The translations under genes were made by a program, and so were the position numbers. A stretch of DNA of 62,517 bases, counting the filler, from Sphacelaria rigidula (taxonomy: Eukaryota), in assembly GCA_964200075.2 (NCBI GenBank). It is 10 parts of 10 records of this genome, joined end to end, with 100 filler letters (N's around TTAATTAATTAA, not from the genome) between each part and the next. Parts side by side here need not be neighbours in the genome. Positions count along the whole stretch, not along the records: positions 50,096 to 56,256 come from CAXNAA020021846.1; positions 56,357 to 62,517 come from CAXNAA020021847.1; 8 more parts are not named here. One strand, written 5' to 3'. Below the pieces are notes generated by a model that worked only from the letters and a program-made list of their open reading frames with translations, was not told the DNA's origin and made no database searches. Below are positions 51,133 to 62,517 of this stretch, piece by piece. Position 1 is the first letter of the stretch; the number at the start of each line of letters is the position of its first letter.

Positions 51133-52401
51133 TTGAAGTCCGTATCAATCTTCCCGATTGATTCGAGGTCCCAAGGCCTCAAGCCAGAGAGCACAGGTGC
51201 GGTAATCATTAGAGTTCAGTACACTACCTTGCGTAGGTACCTCTCTTTTTCACACATAGCTAACATCCGCAAGTCGTTCGAACACCTGCTACTGCTCAAC
51301 CATTCGCTGGAGGAACAGAAAAAGTCGCTCCAGGCGCTTCACCACGCGGGGACTTTTCCCAAAAGTCTCACGATTCAGCCCGCCACAAGTCGAGTGCGAG
51401 CAGAGTTACCTTATATAGATGGAGGTAGAGCTTACGAACAAATGCTTGCCGATGTAGATGCAGCCAACAAGAAATTCAGGGAAACCTCAATTGGTGACCT
51501 TGGAAGAGAGGCCGCACTAGTGAGAAAGGACATTTCCAAGTTGCTGTCAGCCGAAGAGTTACAACGTCGTGTAGATACAGCTGTTGGCATATTCGGCTCG
51601 AAATGCCCTAGTGTGTATAGACAATGGCGACAACAGTACCTGGGAATAGATAGTTCGACTGCATCTCCCTCCGAACCCCCGACAGATTCACCGCAATCTA
51701 ATGGAGGCAGCGGAGTTGCTATGAACGTAGAAGAGGATGCTAACTCTAGTGTAGACTCAGGTTCACTTCATTTGAACCTCCCACACACCGATGGGTTTGA
51801 GAATATACCCCTTGCGCAACCCCTTGCGCAACCCCCTGCACAGCCCGCCGCTCCGGCGGAGTTTGCACCCTCTGCAGTCTCTCCGAAAATAGCGGAAATC
51901 CAGAACACATTGAAAGATGTCAAACTCTTGAAAGAGGAGGATTTGCATATTCGAACGGAGAAAACTGCTGCCGCTAAAGCTGACAAACGAGCTAAAGCGG
52001 CATTAGCTGCTACGGATAGGGAGTTGTCCCTGGAGTCTCTGCATGCTTCCATAGTAACCCTATCGAAAAGCATAGGCAACTTGAAAAGAGGCAGAAACAA
52101 GACCACTCCGGGAAACAACTCCCAGAACGTTGTACAACACCAAAAACGCCCTGGTAAACCCAACAGCCACTACGATAACCACGGTAGCAGCACCAACGCC
52201 GCCTCTGCAAACAATCCGCAGGGCAGCGACCCCCACCGCCCATCATCAGGTCGAGCAGGTGATCTAGGGGCTGTTGCGCCCCGCCACTCCTATCACTTAC
52301 GCAGCGGCGTGCCCCCCGACATCCAGGGGAGCGGCAGTGGCGGTGGTGCTGCTGGGGACCTCGACCCCTGGGCGCCTCCCCCCAGCACCGTGCGTCAATG
52401 A
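51133..52401 (+). CDS. 422-aa ORF; N-part resembles a PLE ORF1/N-terminal coiled-coil region, last about 45 aa probably Gypsy gag-derived
   Basis: Helical region with LHHAGTFPKSLTI, basic/Asn-rich tail, then APRHSYHLRSG. Same strand as, and about 400 nt downstream of, the PLE RT. True start uncertain. Confidence 0.5.
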   Translation: MKSVSIFPIDSRSQGLKPESTGAVIIRVQYTTLRRYLSFSHIANIRKSFEHLLLLNHSLEEQKKSLQALHHAGTFPKSLTIQPATSRVRAELPYIDGGRAYEQMLADVDAANKKFRETSIGDLGREAALVRKDISKLLSAEELQRRVDTAVGIFGSKCPSVYRQWRQQYLGIDSSTASPSEPPTDSPQSNGGSGVAMNVEEDANSSVDSGSLHLNLPHTDGFENIPLAQPLAQPPAQPAAPAEFAPSAVSPKIAEIQNTLKDVKLLKEEDLHIRTEKTAAAKADKRAKAALAATDRELSLESLHASIVTLSKSIGNLKRGRNKTTPGNNSQNVVQHQKRPGKPNSHYDNHGSSTNAASANNPQGSDPHRPSSGRAGDLGAVAPRHSYHLRSGVPPDIQGSGSGGGAAGDLDPWAPPPSTVRQ

Positions 52402-54251
52402 AGCCACGAGGATCTCGTCCGTCGCTCCCCATCGACGCACCACAGGCAGGATAACGGGGATACCAGACCCTCGACTTCCCGCTCTCGGAGCTGCCACCGC
52501 TCTCGCTCCCGTTCACGGGCAGAGCGCCGTTCTCGCTCTCGCCCCCGCCGCCGCTATCGCCGAAACTCTCGCTCGCCCTCCCGCGGCAGGTGTCAACACT
52601 ATGCCACTCGGTGGGGATCTCGGGAACGTCACCACTACCGGGAGGAACACAGGGCGTACCAGCAGCAGGCGGATGCCGGTTGGCTAAGGCGCTGGGGTTG
52701 TAATGCACCAGGAGCAGGAGCTGGAGCTGCGGTCCAAGGTCTGGAACCCAACCAGTTGGCGAAGATGAGCGAACGGGTACGTAGGCGTATTACGCGTGGT
52801 CGACCATGCCCCGTGTACGCAGGACCAAGTGCGGGGGAACTATCGGTTGTCAACAGCGCTGTTGTGCTGCAACACCAGATATGGTCGACGCTGCGTGCAA
52901 TGGACCAAGGAGTTTTGAAAATGCCGGAAGATGATACGTCAACGGTAAGTGGATAACACAAACAGATCAATACTCCGCCCGCCGGCGCGACCTCCTGATC
53001 GAGTTTCTGGCAGAAACCAGCGGTACGTTTACGTCCTTAACCGCAGCGGATCGAGTAGACGTCTACCGTATCACGGGCGAAACCGACACCGTCCCACATG
53101 AATCCGTTACTATGACCGACTGGCTACGGATCCTCGTCCGTGAAGAAGTGATGACGAAAGGAGCTACTAAGTTTATACACGCTGCACTAGACGCCATCAC
53201 CTTAGGTCTCAACGAGTCGTGGAGTGCGGAGGCGCAACGGGTGTTGCTAGCATTTCGCGCGAATTTAGCTAACCCAGATCGACCATACAGTACCGAAGCT
53301 ACGTACTTCTGGCGATTTGTCACCGCCCGGCAGGTAAGCGAGCTTTACGACCGTATTAATCGAGTCATTCTGCCTAATCCGTTTGATAGGCTAGGTCTAC
53401 AGTCGATCCTGCACGAAAAGACACACGCAATCTGGGCCAGGCTGCAGCCTCTGGAAAGCGAGTGGCACAATCCTATGGGGTTAGCAATGCAAAGAAGGGG
53501 GGACGTAGCCAAGAGTCTTCACGAGGATTTCATCCGTATTGTGTGCACCCGCAACGTAGTATACAGCGACGACAGTCACATCCGCCCCCAACCGCGGACT
53601 AGCAACCGCGGCGCGGGACCTGACAGATTATTTTCACTTGAAGAAGTAAGGAACTCGCTACAGTCGCCCCCGGAGGTTGCCGCAATACTCCAGCAAACTA
53701 ACCCGGGGTCACCTCTCTCTTCCCCGAAGCGCCGCCCGCCCTGTCAGCCCCTGCTGCGTCCTCTAGTTCTCAGGCGTTAGCCGGCCACCACTCGGCAGCA
53801 CCTTCCGTCGCGGCGTTCAACAACCACCTGGCGGTCTCACCGGGCTCATACGGCGTGCCTTTTATGCAGCAAAATTCGACACCCGTCAACCCCGGTCCCC
53901 GCGCCACGACTCCGGGTCATGCCGTCGCACCCCGAACCCCCGGCACCGCCGTCTGGCAGCGCTTCGCCGCCACCGACACCTGCCACATCCGCTCAACCAG
54001 TCGGTCCGGCCTCGACTCCCGAACCATCCGCACCGCTGATTTCCGCGGGACACGACGCAGTGGTTACCTTCGTATGTGATCGTAAAATCTGTTTCGGTTA
54101 CGCATACACCGGCTCGTGCCGTCACCAGGGCAACACCCCCTGTCCCTGGACGCACGGTATCATCCCCGCCGCACACTATAGCGGCCTACCGGCCCGCCGT
54201 AAGACGACCACTCCCCAACGCCGGCTAGCCGTGCTTACGGAGGCGCGATAG
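52270..54251 (+). pseudogene. gag: Disrupted Gag-like region of a Ty3/Gypsy element, with a CCCH zinc finger
   Basis: Fragmented ORFs 52756-52956, 53112-53780 and 53919-54251 directly upstream of Pol; CFGYAYTGSCRHQGNTPCPWTH at 54090-54155. Confidence 0.65.
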
Positions 54252-56256
54252 TTGGCGGCAATCGACCTGGGTCTCATCGGCGAAGGCGACGACGATGACG
54301 GCGAGGAAATACTTAGCGCATCCGTAAGCGAGGCCGCCGCTGGAGACACACGAACCGACGCGCGAAGGCGCGCCCCAGGTGCAATTGACCTGGGGAACCT
54401 TTGCCCACCCAGCGCCACCACAATATCCCAGCATCGAGGAAGTCAACTTTGGGTGACGGGCGAGATCTGGCACCGACGGCGTCTCCGTCGGCCGTGGCCG
54501 ATAGAAGTCTTGCTGGACACGGGAGCGGGAGGGGGCAACTATATGTCAGGAGCGTTATGGCGCAGCTTACACAAGGCCAACATCCTGGACGATACGCCAA
54601 ACCCTGAGGCGGCAGGTGTTCTCTGTGCAGCTAACCCATCCCAGAGTAAGGTTCCCCCAATGCGCATAACCGGTTCCGTAACTGTGCCCTTGCTTTTGAC
54701 CTCCGACTCACGGGTCCGTAATGTACCAGTGCGAGTGGTGGAGGGCCTATCGTACGGCTTCATTTTAGGTGCAGATTATTTTCGGTACAATAACAGTATC
54801 CTAGACTTCCCCCCAGGAAAGGGTTTCCGCCCCTCGCCAGCGGCACCATGGATCCCGTTCCTGACGAGCGAAAATCCCACCTACCACATTCAAGATATAT
54901 CAGTAGCCCTGTACACCGCGACGGAAACCATCACCCCCCTAGCTGCGCTCGCTGGTCCGTCCATCTACAACTACCCCAGCTACCGCGACATAGCTTGGGA
55001 AGACGACAGCACCCTAGAATGGAAACTGCGCTTGGTCGGACAAACAATCACGCTCAGTGGCTTCGTCAGCGCCGCGGTAGAAACAGCCGCGATCGGTCCT
55101 CAACCACAGGATAAGCAACTTGTGCTGGTACTCCCACAAGCAAAGTTTGACCTGGACACGGGGGCAGAGGTGGGGATCGCGAAGGGAGTGTCGTGGTGGC
55201 AACCGGGGTCGCCGGTATACTGTAAACTTGTGAATAGAAGTAAGGAGCAGGTGGCGGTGAAACCTACTGGCACGGTCGCGCGTATGATAGCACTAAACGT
55301 ACGCGATCCCGCCAGGTTTCACTCACTGTTCGACCCCCATCCGTCTACGACAGACCCCCCCGTGGACCCCCCACCCCGCGCCTCACGTTCAGACAGTAGT
55401 TGCTCGGCCCAACCAAATCATAAGGTCAACGTGCAGGACGCCAACATGGGCCAGCTTGGAGCAGCGGAAAAGAGAGAGCTGGTAGACACGCTGCTGAGCT
55501 TCATCGAAGCTGGCCTGTTCCCCACGGACCCCAAGCGGGTTCCCGCTTGTATCAACGGTGAGCTCGAACTCCCCCTAACTAACGAGTCATGTACGCCATT
55601 CGCAGCTAAGCAACGTCGATTTTCCCCGGAGGAACGTCACATGATCCGCGAAGAGATACACAAGCTCCTTGATCGTGGGATCATTCGACCCTCAACCTCC
55701 CCGTGGGCAGCCCAATGCCTATGCGTGAAGAAAAAAGACGGCACCCTGCGCTTGTGCATTGATTGGCGTGAACTGAACAAACTCTTGGTGTCGGACAGCG
55801 GGGGTCTCGGGGATATGCAATCCATTTTCGACGGCCTCAAAGGTAAGCGTTACTTCACCCAACTCGACCTGGCGTCCGGTTTCCACCAAATCGAGATCGC
55901 GGAGAAAGATCGCTTCAAAACGGCGTTCCGAGATGCAGATGGCCTCTTATACGAGTTTACACGAGCAGGCTTCGATCTGACAGTCCTACCCGCCGCGTTC
56001 ACCCGTCGGGTAAAAGGTACGGTAGGACAGCTGGAGAGAGTGTTCACTTGGCTTGACGATATCCTTATCGCGACCACATCCTGGAACGACCATCTAGCCC
56101 TACTCGTGATCGTATTACAACGCTTGTTGGTCGCGGGATTCTCGGTGAACTTCGCCAAGTGCATTTTTGCATCGGCGTCGCAAGAGTTTCTAGGCATGCT
56201 GGTAGATAGCAGCGGCCTTCAACCCGCGCCATCCAAGCTCGCCGCCATCGCCGAGA
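54252..56256 (+). CDS. pol: Ty3/Gypsy Pol: aspartic protease, dUTPase-like spacer and reverse transcriptase (cut by contig end)
   Basis: VLLDTGA and FILGADY protease motifs. RT motifs SPWAA, KKDGTLRLCIDWRELN, FTQLDLASGFHQI, KTAF, WLDD (56049-56060), KC and EFLG. PR-RT order. Confidence 0.95.
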
Positions 56257-56356
56257 NNNNNNNNNNNNNNNNNNNNNNNNNNNNNNNNNNNNNNNNNNNN
56301 TTAATTAATTAANNNNNNNNNNNNNNNNNNNNNNNNNNNNNNNNNNNNNNNNNNNN
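56257..56356. other. Artificial contig linker 9
   Basis: Same 100-nt structure. Confidence 0.98.
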
Positions 56357-56935
56357 CGAAAACCGGTGAGAAGTAGCTCCCCCGAGTTCAACGGAGAGAG
56401 AAAAGAAAGAAAGACAAAACAAACAAACAAACAAACAACAAACGCCAGATCTGTCAGAAGTGTACCAGATCTGTCAGAAGTGTACACCGAAAGAAAGGAA
56501 GAGAGAAGATAATAAAGGACAAGAACCAGGAAAAGAAAAAGGAAAAGACAGATGACACAAGGAGAGTAGTATGGCCACCATGTTAGGGGTTCAGCTCAGA
56601 AACAAAAAAACAAAAACAACAACAACAACAACAACGACAACAACCCCAGACACCCTCATATACGTATACATGAAAATTCAACCCTCAGTTTACCGAGTTT
56701 GGCCACGAAACTCTGTGGGGCTCTTCCTTGGGTTTTGCGGCGACAGGGTGTTTGCGAGAAAAACGTGAAAAAAAAACGTGTTGCCGGTTTTCCGGGGTCC
56801 CAGAACGGACGACTTCGAAAAAACGACTTGGATCACGTCGGACCTCCGAAAAACGGTAAGACATTCAAGGAGTAGAAAAACCCTGTTGATCGGCAACTGC
56901 GTAATGATCCATAGCACATTTGTGTAAAGTTTCAG

Positions 56936-57438
56936 GGTCTAACGTCGGACGTTATGGCAAACAAATTTCTGGCCCACGAATTGTTCACTTGTAGGACGTT
57001 TCAGCCACTTCTTTACTCCCGAACAGGGAAAATCGCCAACACACGTCTTGGACACTTTGCATCACCCCATAGAGAGGAGCCTAGTCTGCTTTTCAGACTC
57101 GCTTGGCTCCAAGGTTTTGAGAGCGGCCGCTGAACAATAATCCGTGTGCAATAAAATCTGCGGCGATCTCCACAGATTATCGGGCAAACTGGCGGGGGTC
57201 GGCAAGCACAAAATTTTGCTGCACACGAATTTTTGTTCAGCGGCCAATCTCGAAACCTCGAAGCCAAGCGAATCTGAAAAGCAGACGAGGCTCCTCTCCG
57301 TGGGGTGATGCAAAGTGTCCGAGACGTGTGTCAGCGATTTCCCCTGTTTGGGGGTCAAAAAGTGGCTCAAACGTCCCAAAAAAAGTGAATAATCCGTGGG
57401 TCAACAATCTGTTTGCCATAACGTCCGGCCTTAGGCCG
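56936..57438. repeat. Long imperfect inverted repeat (arms about 190 bp) within a DNA-transposon remnant
   Basis: About 56936-57125 is the inverted counterpart of about 57243-57438. The spacer motif AAACTGGCGGnGGTCGGCAAGCACA recurs at about 57578-57602. Confidence 0.75.
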
Positions 57439-59959
57439 AATGTTATGGCAACAGATCTTCGGCCCCGGATCTTCAAAATTCGTGTGACACCCATCTTATG
57501 GGTACAGATTTATCGAAACTTTGGGTGAAAAAACCCGTGGCCAAGATTCTGGGCCCGAGTCCCACAGATTTTTAGGCAAACTGGCGGCGGTCGGCAAGCA
57601 CAGATTTTTGCACACGGATTTTTGCGTTTTGGCCGGCAGACAGTCATAATGGGGTCACGCCGCGTTTTTCTTGGATATACTGGCGTGATGGCCGCGCCTT
57701 TGTGAGTGGTCCTGTCGACAACAACCAACAACACACGAAGCAACCACACGCCGCAGCCGATGCGCCATGGAGCCCGCTTCGCGCGCACGAGACAAAAAAC
57801 GACACGCCTTGTTCGTCGGTCTCCTGGTAAAAGCATTGCAAAGACGTTGAGAGAGTAGACATGTGATGCGGGCTATCGCTGTCTGGCGGGTAGTTCTGCG
57901 ATCCTTCGACGAAGGATTCAACTTTAGCAGCAACGAGGGGGGCATGGTCGCTTACTTATGTGCTTGAAAGAATCAGCGCTGGTGTTAGTTGGGTGGTGAT
58001 GACCTCTCTGCCGCAGTGACGCTACATCACTGCAGCACGCCACAACGCACGAGACACCTACGGGACTGTGAGCTGTTGAAACACGCTGAACATGAAACTC
58101 GAAACCCTGGTGGAGGCGTACAAATCATAACAGTATGGTATGAAAATCTGTGTGCTGCCATAATATTGTTTACAAAACCAAATCGGCCGCGGATTTGTTT
58201 CACCAAAATCCAAAAATCTGTGAGCCAAAGATCTGTGCCATAACATCCGGGCTAACTCCTAATAACTGCGTGAAGCTTTGCGCGTTTTTGCGAGGATGTG
58301 AGCTTCAAACGTGCAAACTTATGACAACTTGGTTCTAGTATGAAAACGCATTTAGGGGGTGAATTTTACGTCATGGCGAAAAAAACTGTATTGAGATTTT
58401 CGACTTTCTCCACCAAACTTCGTACGTGTATTTCTTGGACTATCCCGGGACGCATCATGGTATTTATTTATTTTTAGTCATTCATTCTGTACCGCCCTCC
58501 TGGGATATTTGTACTGGGAGCCCAGGAAGCCGCTAGATGACGGAAGAACTTAGAAATCTTGCCAAGAACTCATTTTTTTCTATTTGGAGCATCAATACCT
58601 ACGGAATTGCCAAGTTTGAGGGTGATCTGACCTCTTCTACAACAGATACAAGGGAAATCGTTACAAGGCTTTCTGGGTCTTTCGTACGTTTCATGAGTGG
58701 AAATTAGACGACGCCAAAACTCCACATCACCGAAATATTACGGTTTCAGGTATAATTCGACCCGGTTGGAACTGTTTCAAATCTCTTTCTCCCGTTAGAT
58801 TCCTGAGGTGATGATGGTCACTACGATTTGAAGCATGTGGAGATTCGGTGGAAATTGGGCTTGGAATTCATGTTTTCAAATTCAGAACACTTTGAAAGGC
58901 GCTGATTGGTCGAGACATATTTTTGTCCATAGCGCCACCGCTATAGTCTTGAGCAAAAACCCGGCTATGTCACCCTCTTCGTCTGTTCATTGCGGTCAGT
59001 ATGATACCATGTGTGCGATTATTGGGTGCGTATTGCAGAAGGCATTTACTAATGACAGAATTTAGGGTCTTCAGCGTGAACCAGCCTGTAGGGGACACTG
59101 CAATCGTGCAGCGCAGTGCAGTAGTGCGGGCTTGCTTGCTTTTCCAAACAATATTTTCATTCACGGCAGTATATGGGTGCACGAACGTAGTGGGAATCAA
59201 GTATGATGATTTGAGATAACTGCATCGCAAGCATGTGTTCGATGAGCCACCATCTCTCACGATAACCAACGGCAGTAGCCAGAACGCAAACCAGCGTAGT
59301 AGGTATAACACGACACCTAGGGTAAGGAACGGAGAAAAACACCACTGTGTGCAGCCGACACTTCCCGAACGGGAGACGACTACAACGTCCCGACACCGCA
59401 GATACCCAAAACAACTCAACAAACACAATGAAATTAGAAGGGCGAAGACACACAACACAATTGTGCTCGGTAAATGCACGTATGTACTACTTCGTATATG
59501 TACAAGACGCCGATTTGGCGGGAAACGCTGCCTAACGGTAGTACAATTAATCACAAGTGTCAAGTCACAGCAACAACAACAACGTTGGGACCACGGAGGA
59601 GAAAATACATTCGGCCACTCATCTCACCTTGCGCGACATCAAATCTACTCATCTCATTCAAAGTACTCTACAAAGAGCTCCCAGGATTCTACGATACAGC
59701 ACACAGGTTCAGCCCTAACTCCATACAAACAGGGTGTGTAGCAAAACCCCCTCAGCGCGCAGTTGGTGCACGCAGGTGGTTCTGAAACACTGCCAAACGA
59801 GAGTAGCAGCCGACGAACGACCTTTGGGGGGGGGGGGGGGGGTACTCATGATAATGCATGCCATAGGCATAAGACCTTTGGGGGGGAGATAAAATTGCCA
59901 AGGGAGGAAAACTGGCCAACCAACAGGAATAATTTCATTTTTCCCGCATATTTATTAGT

Positions 59960-60163
59960 TCAGCTAGTCTTGGTAGGGGTGCCTGACGACGGAGCGGGAG
60001 AGCGACGCGAGGCCCGCTGCTGCGCGAATGCCGCAAACGCCAGCGAAAGCGGGAACTGCAGGAGGCAATATCCGCCTTCCAGCGCCACAAAGCCTTCGAC
60101 ACAGGCCATCTTGTTCTTGGCACTGTGCGCGAGCACAGCAACAGAAAACATGAAAGCACCCAC
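59960..60163 (-). CDS. Probable terminal exon of an unidentified membrane protein
   Basis: CTTCTGCCGCAG acceptor; two hydrophobic segments then a Ser/Pro tail and TGA. A phase-compatible upstream exon candidate lies at 61075-61162. Confidence 0.5.
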   Translation of the reverse strand: MGAFMFSVAVLAHSAKNKMACVEGFVALEGGYCLLQFPLSLAFAAFAQQRASRRSPAPSSGTPTKTS

Positions 60164-60217
60164 CTGCGGCAGAAGACATGTAGGGGAGGGTATTGGACAT
60201 ACGAGAACTGTCATCGC

Positions 60218-60807
60218 TAGAGTTGTGAACTGGCTGCCAGTTTAATTGGTCAGTTACAGTTAACTGGTACAACTAGTTAACTGGCCGGTTTCGTGACCAG
60301 TTGAAGCAGTTATTTTACCCCGACATATGTGTCATACTCCAAAGCGTACTGTGTAAATATGTGTCATACTTATGTCAATGTTTCCGAAGTATTATCGTAT
60401 TATAATGACCGTGGGGATGCTGTTACAAAGGCGACGACATGACCGCACAGCGCATGTACCTAGACGCTATGTATGGTGAATTACTGTCTCACCGCTTCGT
60501 TTTTCAATTCACGTAGCAAAGTTCAGAGACATTTCTTTTCCCCCATGCATATCTACTTTTGTGCATTGATTACGTGCTCGAATTGCTGGCGCTAGGCAGC
60601 TAGAATTTACTGCGATTTTGAAGAAATGTGAAGCCAAATGGCGTAATTTTCTTGCCTCCGGCGGCGCCTCCAGCGGGGCCCCCTCACCAGCCGGGGGCGG
60701 CCGTTTAGGCGACTCCGCCGCCAGTTATCCACTTTTAACTGATAACTGTAACTGGCTGTAATCTCTGCAACCAGTTAACTGATTAGCCAAACCAGTTCAC
60801 AACTCTA
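60218..60807. mobile_element. hAT MITE
   Basis: Perfect 16-bp TIR TAGAGTTGTGAACTGG; perfect 8-bp TSD GTCATCGC (60210-60217 / 60808-60815); AACTGG/CCAGTT subterminal motifs. A related right end lies at about 32150-32262. Confidence 0.93.
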
Positions 60808-62517
60808 GTCATCGCTATTGTTAACACAGCCTGTGCCTTGATTGACCCTTCTGGGACCCAAACTTTTTTACTGGCGATTTCAAACTGAGATTTTTGCGTG
60901 CAGCTACGATTGATGGGTCCCAGTTATTCTTTGATATCTTCGCCAAAATGGAGGATTATCAGACCTGCAATATCTGTGGAAGGTTGCGACACGGTACGCA
61001 CAGTCCATCACTTCGCTGTCTCTTTCAGTGGGCAGGAGGGTAGCGAACACCAGAGGTCAGTACTACACCCTCACTTGGTAGTCTCCTCCAAGCGTGCACC
61101 CACCATGATCAGCACCAAGCAATGTCGCGTTACACACATGGTACAGTAACATCGGAGACAGCCTACAAGTGGCGCCAGGACGTTCTCGCGATGGTGCTTC
61201 GCTACCTCGTGGTACCCCCAGATAAGCCGGGGCCGTGAGCTGGCCACATACAGTCATAGTGCAACAAGCGCATCTTTGTTTTTCATGTTCACCCGTTGGT
61301 TTTTCACATGATATCGACAGCTGCCCCTACCTCTGCACGGGCGACGAAACGGACAACACAGCAACCAACAGCAGCATGCATGCGCACGGGGGAACATTCA
61401 AGTGCGACGCAACCGCTGTACTGCACTACCGACACCCCCCTCACACGCACCGGATCACGCCACTTCAGAGAAGGACATTTACAGCCGATACATCACTTTC
61501 ATTGATTAGGTAGTAGACTCGGACGTCGTGTGCGTGAGATTTTGGATCTGGGCGAGGCCATCGCTGGCAAGCAGGAGGGGGGGGGGGGGGGGGGGGCCCC
61601 AGAGGGGGGGGGGGGGGGGGCGTGGACTGACCACAACGCGTTATTTTCGACTGCCGCGCCGGGCGCCTACCCCCNNNNNNNNNNTCTTTGTGGGTTGGTG
61701 AGTGGGGGCGGTGGGGGGGGGGGGGGGTTTTGGGTGGGGGGGGGGGCGGGGGGGGGGAGGGGGGGGGGGGGGGGGGGGGGGAGGGCACCAGACGGTAGAT
61801 GGGGGGGAGCGTTGACTGACCTCAACGCGTTATTTTCGCCTGCCGCGCCTGCTGCTTCACCCCTACAACTGTCGTTGCGCTGGACGCCCGGTGGCGGCGC
61901 TCAGGGACGGGCCTATTACTCCGGCGTGAGGAAGTGTAGTGTACTGCACTACAGTCCGTTGGTGTCGAGCACGTCAAAATTCGCTGACCGTTCGGCCGCG
62001 TTCGTTTTCGGTGCATGACACATCGTCCTGCACATGAGTTTTTGGGAATTCTCGAGGTATGCGGGGATTTTCGATAAATCTTGGCCCTAGAGCAACCGTA
62101 ACGTTCCAACAATTACCGTAGCCTGTTCGAGGTTGGTTGCTAGCAGATATAACAAGCGAAATCATGATCAGGGGTGCCAGTACATGTGCGTGTATGTCCA
62201 GGCACGAATATTAATACGGCACAGTACTAAACTTCAGGCAGATCATCTTACGAACCGTATATACTCATGGTGCAATGCTGGTCGCCCCGGTGGCTCAGTT
62301 AGTAACCTCGAAAGCTTCTGACGGTTGGGTTCAAATCTCGAAGCGATCTGGGATTTTTTTCTCACACCATGCCCGGCAACAGTGGAGAGCGACTATGTCG
62401 TGGGTACACAAAATTCGACTTCACGGTCGAGGAGGGGAAGGGACTGCTGAACCCCTCTCGCGATAAAAAAAAACAAGGCAAGCACCGCAGAAGGAAGGGT
62501 GGGGTACTAAAAACAAA

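Noticed and set aside
50729..51250. Hammerhead ribozyme or telomeric repeats expected beside a Penelope-like element
   Set aside because: No CUGANGA...GAAA core or TTAGGG/CCCTAA array found by eye; a covariance-model search is still needed
61465..62018. Poly-Gly/Pro ORFs
   Set aside because: Same homopolymer and gap artefact

Overview
This window is not one locus. It is ten contigs of 6162 bp (first seven) and 6161 bp (last three), joined by nine identical artificial 100-nt linkers (44 N + TTAATTAATTAA + 44 N), so it looks like part of a size-sorted pseudo-scaffold of unplaced contigs. Adjacency across a linker has no biological meaning. The DNA is eukaryotic: short GT-AG exons in long, MITE-filled introns, with poly-G/C tracts. 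A stramenopile, probably a brown alga, is my inference, not a database result. Host genes appear only as exon fragments: three in-frame exons spanning the E1alpha/E1beta junction of a fused pyruvate dehydrogenase E1 (contig 2), an EF-hand protein (contig 4), a two-HMG-box protein (contig 5), an SMC5-like coiled-coil exon (contig 7) and a membrane-protein terminal exon (contig 10). Mobile DNA dominates. There are two decayed Ty3/Gypsy-type elements, one with a CCCH zinc finger in Gag and a WLDD reverse-transcriptase motif, and a Penelope-like RT with no C-terminal GIY-YIG domain. There are also many MITEs with checkable TIRs and TSDs, including a five-element nest. I found no CRISPR array, rRNA or tRNA, and no complete novel multi-gene system that I can support. 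The best leads are the atypical retroelements, the fused PDH, and a group of CA...TG, 8-bp-TSD MITE families with shared termini and about 41-43 bp subterminal periodicity.
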